DNA of 64,000 nt, from NCBI GenBank assembly GCA_965216315.1, contig CBDCFN010000016.1, forward strand, positions 392,378 to 456,377, given 5' to 3'. Origin of the DNA: a bacterium (GTDB lineage Bacteria > UBA10199 > 2-02-FULL-50-16 > JAJFLM01). Both the position numbers and the translations under genes were made by a program. Under the pieces are notes generated by a model, which saw nothing but the letters and a program-made list of their open reading frames with translations, made no database searches and was not told the DNA's origin. Below, piece after piece: positions 40,231 to 49,964 of the stretch; the first letter of the stretch is position 1, and each line of letters starts with the position of its first letter.

Positions 40231-41358
40231 TTGGTAGCTATGACTCGAATCGTCCATATGACTTCTGTTCATCCGTATGATGATATTCGCATATTCCAAA
40301 AAATGTGTACTTCCTTGGCGAATGCCGGCTACGATGCTCATATTGTCGCTCCGATTGATAGAGAAGAAGATATACAATCCATGACGAGGGTTAAAGTCCA
40401 TCGCGTTCCAAAGCCAAAATCACGATGGGAGCGATTTCGGCGTACGCGGAAACAGGTTATGCAAGAGGCATTGAACTTGAAAGCGGACATATATCACTTT
40501 CATGATCCAGAATTGTTGCCTATAGGGCTAAAGATTCAAAAAATATTAAAAGTTCCTGTCATCTATGATGTTCATGAGGATGTAAGATTGCAAGTATTGA
40601 ACAAAGAATGGATCAAGCCGTGGGCACGAAAGATCGTTGGAAAATTATTCGGACGGTATGAGGATAATATTGCTATGCAGCTCGCTGGTATTGTCTCTGC
40701 AACACCTTCAATTTCTCAAAGGTTTTCGGGACATAGGAACTCTATCATTGTCCAGAATTTTGCTCTACTCAATGAATTTATACGAGACGAAACTGGAAAT
40801 AATAGCAAACGAAATATTTGTGTTTATGCAGGCACGATATCAAAGGAAAGGGGTGTCGTTCAGATAATTGAGGCAGTATCTCGAGCGGAGCCCGAAACTA
40901 AGTTATTGCTTGCGGGTAATATGGCATCCAATGAGCTCTATCATGAGCTAAAAAAAATGAATGAATGGAAACATGTGGATTACAAGGGGTTAGTGACAAG
41001 AAATGATATTGCAAAATATTATTCTCAAGCGTTGGTTGGTATGATTATGTTCCATCCTTTGCCGAACCATATGAATGCTCAGCCGAATAAATTGTTCGAG
41101 TATATGGGCGCCGGGTTGCCGGTTATCGTGTCTGACTTCCCGAGTTGGAGAGAAATTGTTTCACGGCTAAAGTGTGGAATATTAGTAGACCCATTAGATA
41201 CACGCTCCATTACACAGGCTGTAGAATATTTGCTTACTCATCCGGAAGAAGCCGAGGAAATGGGACAGAGAGGGAAGAGGGCAGTTGAGGAGCAATATAA
41301 TTGGTCACGTGAGGAGAAGAAATTATTTTCTTTTTACGAATCAATATCGATTAATTAG
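40231..41358 (+). CDS. glycosyltransferase family 4
   Basis: The N-terminus reads IVHMTSVHPYDDIRIF. The motif NKLFEYMGAGLPVIVSDFPSWREIV is present. Confidence 0.75.
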   Translation: MVAMTRIVHMTSVHPYDDIRIFQKMCTSLANAGYDAHIVAPIDREEDIQSMTRVKVHRVPKPKSRWERFRRTRKQVMQEALNLKADIYHFHDPELLPIGLKIQKILKVPVIYDVHEDVRLQVLNKEWIKPWARKIVGKLFGRYEDNIAMQLAGIVSATPSISQRFSGHRNSIIVQNFALLNEFIRDETGNNSKRNICVYAGTISKERGVVQIIEAVSRAEPETKLLLAGNMASNELYHELKKMNEWKHVDYKGLVTRNDIAKYYSQALVGMIMFHPLPNHMNAQPNKLFEYMGAGLPVIVSDFPSWREIVSRLKCGILVDPLDTRSITQAVEYLLTHPEEAEEMGQRGKRAVEEQYNWSREEKKLFSFYESISIN

Positions 41359-41446
41359 AAGGTTTTAAGTAGATGAGAGAGGATACGTTTTATTTTGATC
41401 TGATGAATCAAGACTGGAATTTTTTCTCGGGAAAGGTGGTAATGAA

Positions 41447-42511
41447 ATGTCTGCGATACGCTTCGCCTTGATTGGCTGCAGTAATATAACAAAGAAACAT
41501 GCTGTCTCACTGGGACGGATTGAACATGCAAAACTAGCAGCTGTCTGCGATATTAATGAGGAAAGGGCAATGGCTTTCGGTAACGAATATGATGTCCCAT
41601 ACTATCGAGATTATCATGAAATGTTTGATAAAGAAGAGATTGATGTCGTTACGGTTCTAACACCGTCTGGAGACCATGCCAAACGGGTGCTGGACCTGGT
41701 GCAATATAAGAAGCACATTGTTGTTGAAAAGCCTATGGCACTGCGTCTCGACGACGCCGATGCCATTATTCGTGCTTGTGATGAGGCTGGAATTAAGCTC
41801 TTTGTCGTAAAGCAAAATCGCTACAATCGTCCTATCCAGGCATTGCGTAGAGCAATTGATGCCGGCAGATTCGGCAAACTAGTCCTCGGAACCGTCAGAG
41901 TGCGTTGGTGCCGACCTCAAGAGTACTATGATGCAGCGTCTTGGCGAGGGACCTGGGCATATGATGGAGGTGTTCTGACTAATCAGGCAAGCCATCATAT
42001 TGATATGCTGGAGTGGATGATGGGAGGTGTTGAAAGTGTAACAGCTATGACAACGACAAGGCTAGCCAATATAGAGGTTGAAGATACTGGAGTCGCTGTT
42101 TTGCGGTTTCAAAGTGGAGCCTTGGGTATTATCGAAGCGACGACAGCCACGCGGCCGAAAGATCTCGAGGGGTCGATTTCCATTCTTGGCGAAAAAGGGA
42201 GTGCTGTTGTCTCTGGATTTTCCATGAACAAACTAACGACTTGGGAATTTTCAGAGGCTGAAGAGCTAGATAAAAATATGCCTGGGCCAGATTGGGATAA
42301 TCCTGATGAATTCGCCTGGAATCACACCGCGTATCTGCGGGACGTAGTTGAATGCATTCGCAATAATAAAAAAGCTCTTGTAGATGGATTGGAAGGTCGA
42401 AAATCTCTTGAATTAATCAACGCTATCTATGAGTCTTCGGAAACAGGGAAGGAAGTATTCCTAAGGTTTCGCCCAAAACAGTGTAGGCTCGGGATGCAAA
42501 AAAATGACTGA
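41447..42511 (+). CDS. Gfo/Idh/MocA-family NAD(P) oxidoreductase (WbpB/WlbA-like sugar-nucleotide dehydrogenase)
   Basis: Motifs [13 protein letters not shown] and EKPMAL are present. This is an unfused second copy of the oxidoreductase module. The RBS is AAGGTGG. Confidence 0.75.
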   Translation: MSAIRFALIGCSNITKKHAVSLGRIEHAKLAAVCDINEERAMAFGNEYDVPYYRDYHEMFDKEEIDVVTVLTPSGDHAKRVLDLVQYKKHIVVEKPMALRLDDADAIIRACDEAGIKLFVVKQNRYNRPIQALRRAIDAGRFGKLVLGTVRVRWCRPQEYYDAASWRGTWAYDGGVLTNQASHHIDMLEWMMGGVESVTAMTTTRLANIEVEDTGVAVLRFQSGALGIIEATTATRPKDLEGSISILGEKGSAVVSGFSMNKLTTWEFSEAEELDKNMPGPDWDNPDEFAWNHTAYLRDVVECIRNNKKALVDGLEGRKSLELINAIYESSETGKEVFLRFRPKQCRLGMQKND

Positions 42512-43127
42512 GAGTAGAATATACGCCAATGTTAAAATCGGCAATGCTTCCGAAATAGGGCCCTTCGCGCTCATTGGCGTGCCAGCACGCGGACAGCAAG
42601 AAGGAGAAATAGCTACTTCAATCGGTTCAGATGCGATTGTACGTAGTCATACTGTTATATATGCGGGAAACCAAATCGGTGATCGTTTTCATGTCGGGCA
42701 CGGAGCGATGATCCGTGAACATAATCATATTGGAGACGATGTGAGTATTGGCACGTCTTCAGTCATTGAACACCATATTGTCATCGAAAATGGCGTTCGT
42801 ATTCACTCATGTGTCTTTATACCCGAATATTCTAAACTAGAAGAACATTGCTGGATTGGCCCTAATGTAGTGATGACAAACGCCAAATATCCTCGTTCTG
42901 TAACGGTCAAAGACAACCTTAAAGGAGTGACTGTCAGAAAGGGTGCCAAGATAGGGGCTAATAGTACTTTGTTGCCCGGAATTGAGATTGGAGAAAATGC
43001 TCTGGTTGGGGCAGGTAGTGTTGTAGTAAGAGATGTGCCGGCAGGTGCTGTTGTTGCAGGAAACCCTGCACGTATGATTAATGATATATCAGAGCTGCCA
43101 TATAACGTTGAAAGGAAAGTATTGTGA
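42504..43127 (+). CDS. hexapeptide-repeat acetyltransferase (WbpD/WlbB/PglD-like)
   Basis: 207 aa of left-handed beta-helix repeats ([27 protein letters not shown]...). Confidence 0.75.
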   Translation: MTESRIYANVKIGNASEIGPFALIGVPARGQQEGEIATSIGSDAIVRSHTVIYAGNQIGDRFHVGHGAMIREHNHIGDDVSIGTSSVIEHHIVIENGVRIHSCVFIPEYSKLEEHCWIGPNVVMTNAKYPRSVTVKDNLKGVTVRKGAKIGANSTLLPGIEIGENALVGAGSVVVRDVPAGAVVAGNPARMINDISELPYNVERKVL

Positions 43128-44224
43128 CAATACCATTGGTTGATCTAAAGGCCCAGTATGCAGCTATTAAAGAGGAGGTGGATGCTGCTCTTCATGAGGT
43201 GATTCAGGCGACGGCTTTCGTGGGCGGGCCGTTTCTTAAGAGGTTTGAGGAGGAATTCGCGGCTTATTGCGGGACACAGCATGCAGCTGGAACCAGTAAT
43301 GGAACTGACGCCATTCGCCTTGCTTTATTGGCATGCGATGTAAAGCCTGGGGACGAAGTGATTACTGTTCCTAATACTTTCATCGCCACTACAGAGGCTA
43401 TCAGCATGATTGGGGCGAAAGTACGCTTCGTAGATGTAGAGTCTAGCAGCTCCAATATGGATCCCAATCTGCTGGAGGCAGCTATTACGCCACGAACGAG
43501 CGCGATTATTCCGGTGCATCTATATGGTCGGCCTGCGGATATGGATCCCATCCTCGAAATCGCTAAATTGCATAATATTAAAGTTATTGGAGACGCCGCC
43601 CAGGCGCACGGTGCTGCGTACAAAGGTCGCAAGATCGGCACGCTTGGCGATGCTGCTACTTTCAGTTTCTATCCGGGTAAAAATCTGGGTGCATATGGTG
43701 ACGCAGGTGCGGTTGTCACGGATAATCCTGATATTGCTGAAAAGGTTGCTGCGTTGCGGGATCACGGTCGAACTAAGAAGTACGAACATGACATTGAAGG
43801 ATTTAATTGTAGGATGGATGGAATTCAAGCTGCCGTTTTATCGGTCAAGTTGAAGTACCTCGAACAATGGACATTACAAAGAATAAGAAATGCCGAATTG
43901 TATAATGAGTTACTTGTTGGCACGCCCGATGTGACTTTACCCGTGAATTCGAGTGAAGATTTCTACTCTGTATACCATTTATATGCTATTCGCACTCCAC
44001 ATCGAAATAGATTGCAAAAACACTTAGATCAACAGGGCATCAAGACCGGTATTCATTATCCGATACCGCTGCATCTCCAGAAGGCTTATGCGTATTTGGA
44101 CCTTACAGTAGGAAGTTATCCTGTTGCTGAAGAGTTGGCAGGTCAAATTTTGTCGTTACCGATGTTTCCGGAATTAAATGCTGAATCTATAAAATTTATC
44201 GCCGAGCAAATCAGGAAATTATAA
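43124..44224 (+). CDS. DegT/DnrJ/EryC1-family PLP aminotransferase
   Basis: The N-terminus reads [19 protein letters not shown]. It has the DegT family layout and a GTG start with an upstream RBS. Confidence 0.8.
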   Translation: MTIPLVDLKAQYAAIKEEVDAALHEVIQATAFVGGPFLKRFEEEFAAYCGTQHAAGTSNGTDAIRLALLACDVKPGDEVITVPNTFIATTEAISMIGAKVRFVDVESSSSNMDPNLLEAAITPRTSAIIPVHLYGRPADMDPILEIAKLHNIKVIGDAAQAHGAAYKGRKIGTLGDAATFSFYPGKNLGAYGDAGAVVTDNPDIAEKVAALRDHGRTKKYEHDIEGFNCRMDGIQAAVLSVKLKYLEQWTLQRIRNAELYNELLVGTPDVTLPVNSSEDFYSVYHLYAIRTPHRNRLQKHLDQQGIKTGIHYPIPLHLQKAYAYLDLTVGSYPVAEELAGQILSLPMFPELNAESIKFIAEQIRKL

Positions 44225-45270
44225 TGTCCAGCCTTCCATTAGTTTCGATTGTTGTTCCCTGCCGTAATGAGAAGACATATATCAAGGAGTGTGTTGAATC
44301 CATTGCAAGTAGTGATTATCCAAAAGGCAGATTGGAAATTCTAGTTGTAGATGGAATGAGTGATGATGGTACGCGTGAAATTTTACAGTCTCTCAGTGAG
44401 AGTCACCCTTATGTGCAGATGCTCGACAATCCCCAGAAAGTCACTCCTGCTGCGTTTAATATAGGTGTTCAGCACGCGCGCGGCGAGTTTGTTATGATCA
44501 TGAGCGCTCACGCTACGTATGCGGACGATGCGATATCAAAATGTATTAAATACTCTCAAGAATACGATGCCGATAATGTTGGCGGCATTTGGCGGATTCA
44601 TCCCCGACGCCACTCATTTATTGATAGTTGTACGATCCATGCTCTCTCTCACCCATTTGGGGTTGGGGATGCGCACTATCGGACGATGGCAAAGCAGGAA
44701 CCCACATGGGTTGATACTGCAGCCTACGGTTGTTATAGGCGAAAGGTATTTGAAGATATTGGTCTTTTCAATGAGATGTTGGTGCGTGGGCAGGACATGG
44801 AGTTTAATCTCCGTCTCAAGAGGGCGGGCGGTAAAACTCTGCTCGCACCGGATGTTGTCATTAATTATTATGCACGCTCAGACTTAGTTACCTTTTGCAA
44901 ACACAGTTTTAGGAATGGCTTATGGGCGGTGTTGCCCTTCCTTTATAGTAACGTCGTGCCTGTTTCATTGCGCCATCTTGTTCCTGGTTTTTTTGTGATC
45001 TTTCTTATTGTGGGTTCACTAGGTGCGATAATATGGCCAGCATTCAAATGGGCTTTTTTGACAATTCTTTCGATCTATTTCATTTTGAATATTTGTTCTT
45101 CTGTTTATATTGCTCTGCGCAAGAGAGATTGGCGATTTCTTTTTACTATGCCAATCATTTTTTTATCCCTTCATTTGAGTTACGGTTTGGGAAGTCTGTG
45201 GGGTGTTGCCCGATCAATTAAAGAGCTTTTTAAACGGAAAGTAAGCCGGTTTGTAAGGTCTGCCACCTAA
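44224..45270 (+). CDS. glycosyltransferase family 2 with C-terminal TM segments
   Basis: The N-terminus VSIVVPCRNEKTYIKECVESI...LVVDGMSDDGT shows the DxD region. Three or four TM segments lie at the C-terminus. Confidence 0.75.
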   Translation: MSSLPLVSIVVPCRNEKTYIKECVESIASSDYPKGRLEILVVDGMSDDGTREILQSLSESHPYVQMLDNPQKVTPAAFNIGVQHARGEFVMIMSAHATYADDAISKCIKYSQEYDADNVGGIWRIHPRRHSFIDSCTIHALSHPFGVGDAHYRTMAKQEPTWVDTAAYGCYRRKVFEDIGLFNEMLVRGQDMEFNLRLKRAGGKTLLAPDVVINYYARSDLVTFCKHSFRNGLWAVLPFLYSNVVPVSLRHLVPGFFVIFLIVGSLGAIIWPAFKWAFLTILSIYFILNICSSVYIALRKRDWRFLFTMPIIFLSLHLSYGLGSLWGVARSIKELFKRKVSRFVRSAT

Positions 45271-45312
45271 GATTAATGAATGAGGCCCTGATATTATATT
45301 TCCAAGTTTATT

Positions 45313-46116
45313 ATGACAGTAGATTATTCAACAATTACTGAATTGCCAGGTAGTCAAGTATTGCCTGTTCAGGTTGACCGGGCGTATAGCCGATACGCAT
45401 TTGCAGCTTCGTTTTGTGTAGGTAAAGATGTTCTCGAAGTCGCTTGCGGAGGAGGGCAAGGTCTCAGCCTTTTAGGTGAAAATGCGAATTCAGTAGTTGG
45501 TGGGGACTGTGATGCAAATAATTTGAGATATGCAGAAGATACGTACAAAAAGAATAAGAACGTTAAAGTTGTTTACCTTGATGCACAAAATATGCCATTT
45601 GAAGATAATTCTTTTGATGTCATAGTTATTTATGAGGCCATCTATTATTTAAGCGACCTAGAGAAATTTTTGTCAGATTGTCGCAGGATCCTGAAGCCTG
45701 GAGGGACTCTGATAATATGTACAGCGAATAACTGTTGGCCAGATTTCAATCCTTCACCTTTTAGCCATAAATACCATTCAGTATTAGAGCTAAATCAACT
45801 TCTCAGTAAGCATGGTTTCTCTAGCGAATTTTTCGGTGCCTTTCCTGATCAACCGAACTCGTTTCTGTCAAAAATTAAGTCACAGGTGAAACGAGTTGCC
45901 GTTAAGTTGCATTTAATGCCAAGGACGATGAAAGGGAAAGTCATGTTAAAACGTCTCTTTTACGGAAGCTTAGTGCGCTTGCCAAAAGAGCTGCTAACGC
46001 TCCGCGGGCAATCTCCAGTCGTGCCTGTTCCAATTCCTCATGATAGAAATGACACGATTCATACGGCGATATTTGCAGTTGGTACAGTGAGTGCGGTTTC
46101 TCAGAAAAGCCATTGA
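45313..46116 (+). CDS. class I SAM-dependent methyltransferase
   Basis: Motif I reads VLEVACGGGQG. The protein is 267 aa. Confidence 0.6.
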   Translation: MTVDYSTITELPGSQVLPVQVDRAYSRYAFAASFCVGKDVLEVACGGGQGLSLLGENANSVVGGDCDANNLRYAEDTYKKNKNVKVVYLDAQNMPFEDNSFDVIVIYEAIYYLSDLEKFLSDCRRILKPGGTLIICTANNCWPDFNPSPFSHKYHSVLELNQLLSKHGFSSEFFGAFPDQPNSFLSKIKSQVKRVAVKLHLMPRTMKGKVMLKRLFYGSLVRLPKELLTLRGQSPVVPVPIPHDRNDTIHTAIFAVGTVSAVSQKSH

Positions 46117-46207
46117 TTTCTAGCTCTATATGGTTAAAAAATAAACGTCGGTTAATGACAGTTAAGCCCTAACCTTTTGTAATTATTTAATAAATTAAAG
46201 GTAGCCA

Positions 46208-47320
46208 ATGGCGGATTACAGAAAAATTCCTTTTTTCAACTACAGCGGACTATTTGAGCGTCGCAAGTCGGAATATATGCGCGTCATCGAGGATGTTTTG
46301 AGCCGGGGTGCTTTTATTATGCAGCGGGATTGTGAAGAATTTGAGAAAAGCATTCAAGAGTACTTAGGAGTAAAGCATTGTATCGGATTGGCAAACTGTA
46401 CGGATGCGTTGTTGATTGCGTTGCGTGTAGCAGGGGTTGGTGCTGGAGATGAAGTCATACTTCCTTCCCATACTTTCGTTGCGACGGCGGCGGCCATTCA
46501 CTTTGTGGGGGCAATTCCAATAACAGTCGATTGTGGTGAAGATAATTTGATTAGTTCTGATGCTGTCTCTGCGGCTATCACCAGCAAGACCAAGGCAATA
46601 ATGCCTGTGCAGCTGAACGGGCGAACGTGCCAGATGGATAAAGTCGAGTATATAGCAACGAAACATCGATTGATGATCATAGAAGATTCAGCTCAGGCCT
46701 TGGGTTCGAAATATAAGGGTCGATATGCGGGCACCTTTGGGCTGGCAGGGACGTTTAGTTTTTATCCGGCAAAGATTTTAGGTTGCTTTGGTGATGGTGG
46801 TGCTTTGGTGACAAATGATGACTCATTTGCTGAAGAAGTTTGTTTGATGAGAGACCACGGGCGCAACAAGAATGGAAAGGTAGTATCATGGGGTTTGAAC
46901 TCAAGGCTCGATAATCTGCATGCAGCGATCTTGAATTGCGAATTTAAATATTATGAGCAGACGATCGAGCGTCGCAGGGAAATTGCTCATATGTATCAAG
47001 AAGCACTCAAAGATATTGAAGCACTCAAGTTGCCCCCATCGCCTAGCGATAGTGATGACCATTACGATATTTATCAAAATTATGAAATTGAAGCTTCTGG
47101 CCGAGATACATTGAAATCATTTCTTGCAGAGCGTGGAATAGGGACAATGATTCAATGGGGTGGTACGCCCATTCACCAAATGCAAGAACTAGGGTTTAAT
47201 CAGAAACTTTCTGCGACGGATGCATTGTTTGAGAAATGTTTAATGTTGCCAATGAATACTTTGATATCCGATGAAGATGTAGAGCATATTTGTGAGCAAA
47301 TAAAGAGATTTTATTCTTGA
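46208..47320 (+). CDS. DegT/DnrJ/EryC1-family PLP aminotransferase (third copy)
   Basis: 370 aa with the DegT family layout (…GRNKNGKVVSWGLNSRLDNLHAAIL…). Confidence 0.75.
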   Translation: MADYRKIPFFNYSGLFERRKSEYMRVIEDVLSRGAFIMQRDCEEFEKSIQEYLGVKHCIGLANCTDALLIALRVAGVGAGDEVILPSHTFVATAAAIHFVGAIPITVDCGEDNLISSDAVSAAITSKTKAIMPVQLNGRTCQMDKVEYIATKHRLMIIEDSAQALGSKYKGRYAGTFGLAGTFSFYPAKILGCFGDGGALVTNDDSFAEEVCLMRDHGRNKNGKVVSWGLNSRLDNLHAAILNCEFKYYEQTIERRREIAHMYQEALKDIEALKLPPSPSDSDDHYDIYQNYEIEASGRDTLKSFLAERGIGTMIQWGGTPIHQMQELGFNQKLSATDALFEKCLMLPMNTLISDEDVEHICEQIKRFYS

Positions 47321-47321
47321 T

Positions 47322-48131
47322 ATGGATACAACTAGTTTAGCGAAAAAAGTGCGATTGCATGCCGTGCGAATGACCCATTTAGGGAAAAGTTCTCATGTTG
47401 CTTCTGTGTTATCAATGGCTGATCTGCTGGCAGTTCTTTATGGTAAAGTGTTGAATGTAGATCCTTCCCGCCCCGATTGGATAGATAGGGATAGGTTTAT
47501 TCTTAGTAAAGGCCATGGAGGTGCCGGGATTTACGCCGTGCTGGCGGAAACGGGCTTTTTCTCCACAGAAGTGCTTCAAACGCATTATCAAGATGATTCA
47601 ATTTTAAGTGGTCATGTTTCCCATAAAGGAGTTCCGGGTGTGGAATTGTCAACCGGCTCGCTTGGCCATGGGCTTTCTGTTGGTGTAGGAATGGCTTATG
47701 CAGCAAAGTTGGACAAGAGACTGCACAAGACATTTGTTTTGTTGAGTGATGGTGAATGTGATGAAGGATCAAATTGGGAAGCTATTCTATTTGCAGCGCA
47801 CCATAAGTTGGATAATCTAGTGGCTATTATTGATTACAATAAGATTCAAAGCCTTGCTTCTGTTGAAGAGACGCTGGGATTAGAACCCTTTAAGGAGAAA
47901 TGGGAGAGTTTTGGCTGGTCAGTGCAGGAGATTGATGGGCACGATCACTCAAATATCGCGCGAGCGTGTGAACAGATACCATTACATAAGGGAAAACCGA
48001 CCTGCCTTATTGCGCATACGACGAAGGGTAAGGGCGTATCGTTTATGGAAAATAATGTGCTGTGGCATTACAGATCACCTCAGGGGCATGAATATGAAGC
48101 AGCTATTGCTGAATTGGAAGGCGAGAGTTAA
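47322..48131 (+). CDS. transketolase, N-terminal (ThDP-binding) subunit
   Basis: Transketolase_N-like motifs are present: GHGGAGIYAVLAE, and ThDP-binding GDGECDEGSNWEA. Confidence 0.75.
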   Translation: MDTTSLAKKVRLHAVRMTHLGKSSHVASVLSMADLLAVLYGKVLNVDPSRPDWIDRDRFILSKGHGGAGIYAVLAETGFFSTEVLQTHYQDDSILSGHVSHKGVPGVELSTGSLGHGLSVGVGMAYAAKLDKRLHKTFVLLSDGECDEGSNWEAILFAAHHKLDNLVAIIDYNKIQSLASVEETLGLEPFKEKWESFGWSVQEIDGHDHSNIARACEQIPLHKGKPTCLIAHTTKGKGVSFMENNVLWHYRSPQGHEYEAAIAELEGES

Positions 48132-48133
48132 TC

Positions 48134-49096
48134 GTGAGAGATTCTTTTATAAAAAGATTAGCTGAATTAGCCGCGAATGACGAGCGAATCATGCTTGTAA
48201 CAGGTGATCTCGGGTTTGGCGTGCTCGATGATTTTGCGGAGAGGTTCCCCAGTCAGTATATCAATGCCGGTGTTGCTGAACAAAACATGACGGGTTTAGC
48301 GACTGGGCTTGCATTGGAGGGCCGTATCGTTTTCACCTATTCAATTGCGAATTTTCCCATTCTACGCTGTTTAGAACAAATTCGAAATGACGCATGTTAC
48401 CACGATGCGAATGTCAAAATTGTATCCATTGGCGGTGGTTTTAGCTATGGGTCACTCGGCTTTTCCCATCATGCAACAGAAGACATCAGTATTCTCAGGG
48501 CTATTCCCGGAACAACAGTTGTCGTACCAGGTGATGTGTGGGAGGCAGCGGAAGCGACCGAAGCGCTTGTGAAACAACCAGGTACTTGTTATTTGCGTTT
48601 GGATAAATCAGCTGCGAAGTGCTCAAATCAACCGGATGAACAATTTTTTTTGGGTAAGGCGCGCCTCATGCGTAGTGGTACGGATCTTACTCTTATTGCG
48701 GCTGGTGGTATACTTGAAGTCGTTTTGAATGTAGCTGACAAATTACGTTCTCAAGGGATTAGAGCTCGCGTTCTTAATATTCATACAATTAAGCCTATTG
48801 ATCGTGATGCCATTATCCAAGCTGCAGGGGAGACCGGAGGTATAGTCACGGTTGAGGAGCATGTCGTGGATGGTGGGCTTGGAAGCGCTGTCGGTGAAGT
48901 TTGCCTAGAAGATGGCACGATTCCTGGATTCTTTTATAGAGTGGGGCTCAGAGATGGCTTTGCCACTGTCGTTGGCAGCCAGAGCCATTTACGAACCAAA
49001 TATAGAATGGATAAGGAAAGTATCTGTCAGACGGTTCTAGAATTAGTATCTCGAGGTAAAAAGGGACCATTAAGGTCAGCGAGTTCTGCTAAGTGA
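48134..49096 (+). CDS. transketolase, C-terminal (pyrimidine-binding) subunit
   Basis: The Transket_pyr layout is present (…TYSIANFPILRCLEQIRND…), followed by a C-terminal domain. Confidence 0.75.
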   Translation: MRDSFIKRLAELAANDERIMLVTGDLGFGVLDDFAERFPSQYINAGVAEQNMTGLATGLALEGRIVFTYSIANFPILRCLEQIRNDACYHDANVKIVSIGGGFSYGSLGFSHHATEDISILRAIPGTTVVVPGDVWEAAEATEALVKQPGTCYLRLDKSAAKCSNQPDEQFFLGKARLMRSGTDLTLIAAGGILEVVLNVADKLRSQGIRARVLNIHTIKPIDRDAIIQAAGETGGIVTVEEHVVDGGLGSAVGEVCLEDGTIPGFFYRVGLRDGFATVVGSQSHLRTKYRMDKESICQTVLELVSRGKKGPLRSASSAK

Positions 49097-49818
49097 AACG
49101 CTTTTTTGACATGACTATTGCCTTTGTTGGCTTACTATTGATGAGCCCAATCCTCGTGCCCATTCTTCTTGTCGTATGGCTGAGCGATTTCCATTCCCCA
49201 TTTTATATCTCGTCACGTGTCGGTCTTAATGGGCTGAATTTTAAAATGGTTAAAGTGAGGTCAATGATTATTAACGCTGATAAGAGTGGTGTAGATTCGA
49301 CGTCAGCTAGTGATATAAGAATAACGCCAGTTGGGCGATTTATTAGGAAGTTTAAGATAGATGAGATTTCACAACTTTGGAATGTATTGACAGGCGATAT
49401 GTCGCTAGTAGGCCCACGACCTAATGTAGAACGTGACGTTGAGCTTTATACGGATGAAGAGAAAAAACTCTTGTCGGTTAGACCGGGAATAACGGACCTT
49501 TCATCCATAGTTTTCGCTGATGAAGGAAAGATTCTTGAAGGCCATGCTGATCCTGATTTGAGTTATAACCAATTGATACGTCCATGGAAAAGTCGTTTGG
49601 GGCTCTTGTATATAGAGCGAAGCTCATTGCTTCTTGACCTGATTCTTATTTTAATCACAGTAGCAGCAATATTCTCTAGAAAATTGGCATTAGTATGGGT
49701 GCATAGATGCTTGGTTTCGTTGGATGCTGATCAGGAGCTTGTGCAGGTGGCACTCCGCGAACGCGAGCTCTCTCCCTATCCTCCTCCAGGGTCTCTAGAG
49801 GTCGTCCAATCCAGATAA
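49093..49818 (+). CDS. undecaprenyl-phosphate sugar phosphotransferase (small PglC/WbaP-C-terminal type 'bacterial sugar transferase')
   Basis: The N-terminus KRFFDMTIAFVGLLLMSPIL carries a TM segment. The catalytic region DEISQLWNVLTGDMSLVGPRP is present. Confidence 0.8.
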   Translation: MKRFFDMTIAFVGLLLMSPILVPILLVVWLSDFHSPFYISSRVGLNGLNFKMVKVRSMIINADKSGVDSTSASDIRITPVGRFIRKFKIDEISQLWNVLTGDMSLVGPRPNVERDVELYTDEEKKLLSVRPGITDLSSIVFADEGKILEGHADPDLSYNQLIRPWKSRLGLLYIERSSLLLDLILILITVAAIFSRKLALVWVHRCLVSLDADQELVQVALRERELSPYPPPGSLEVVQSR

Positions 49819-49964
49819 GAGCCTTTTAAATAATCATTTGCAAATAGTGAAAAATTATCATATTTTCTCAGCTCCCCCTAAGTTAAGAAAAACAATCTCC
49901 AGCCTTGATATTGCGAATCATAATTTTGTTGTCATTAGATGACTAATGCTGTGGGGTTCTAAGT

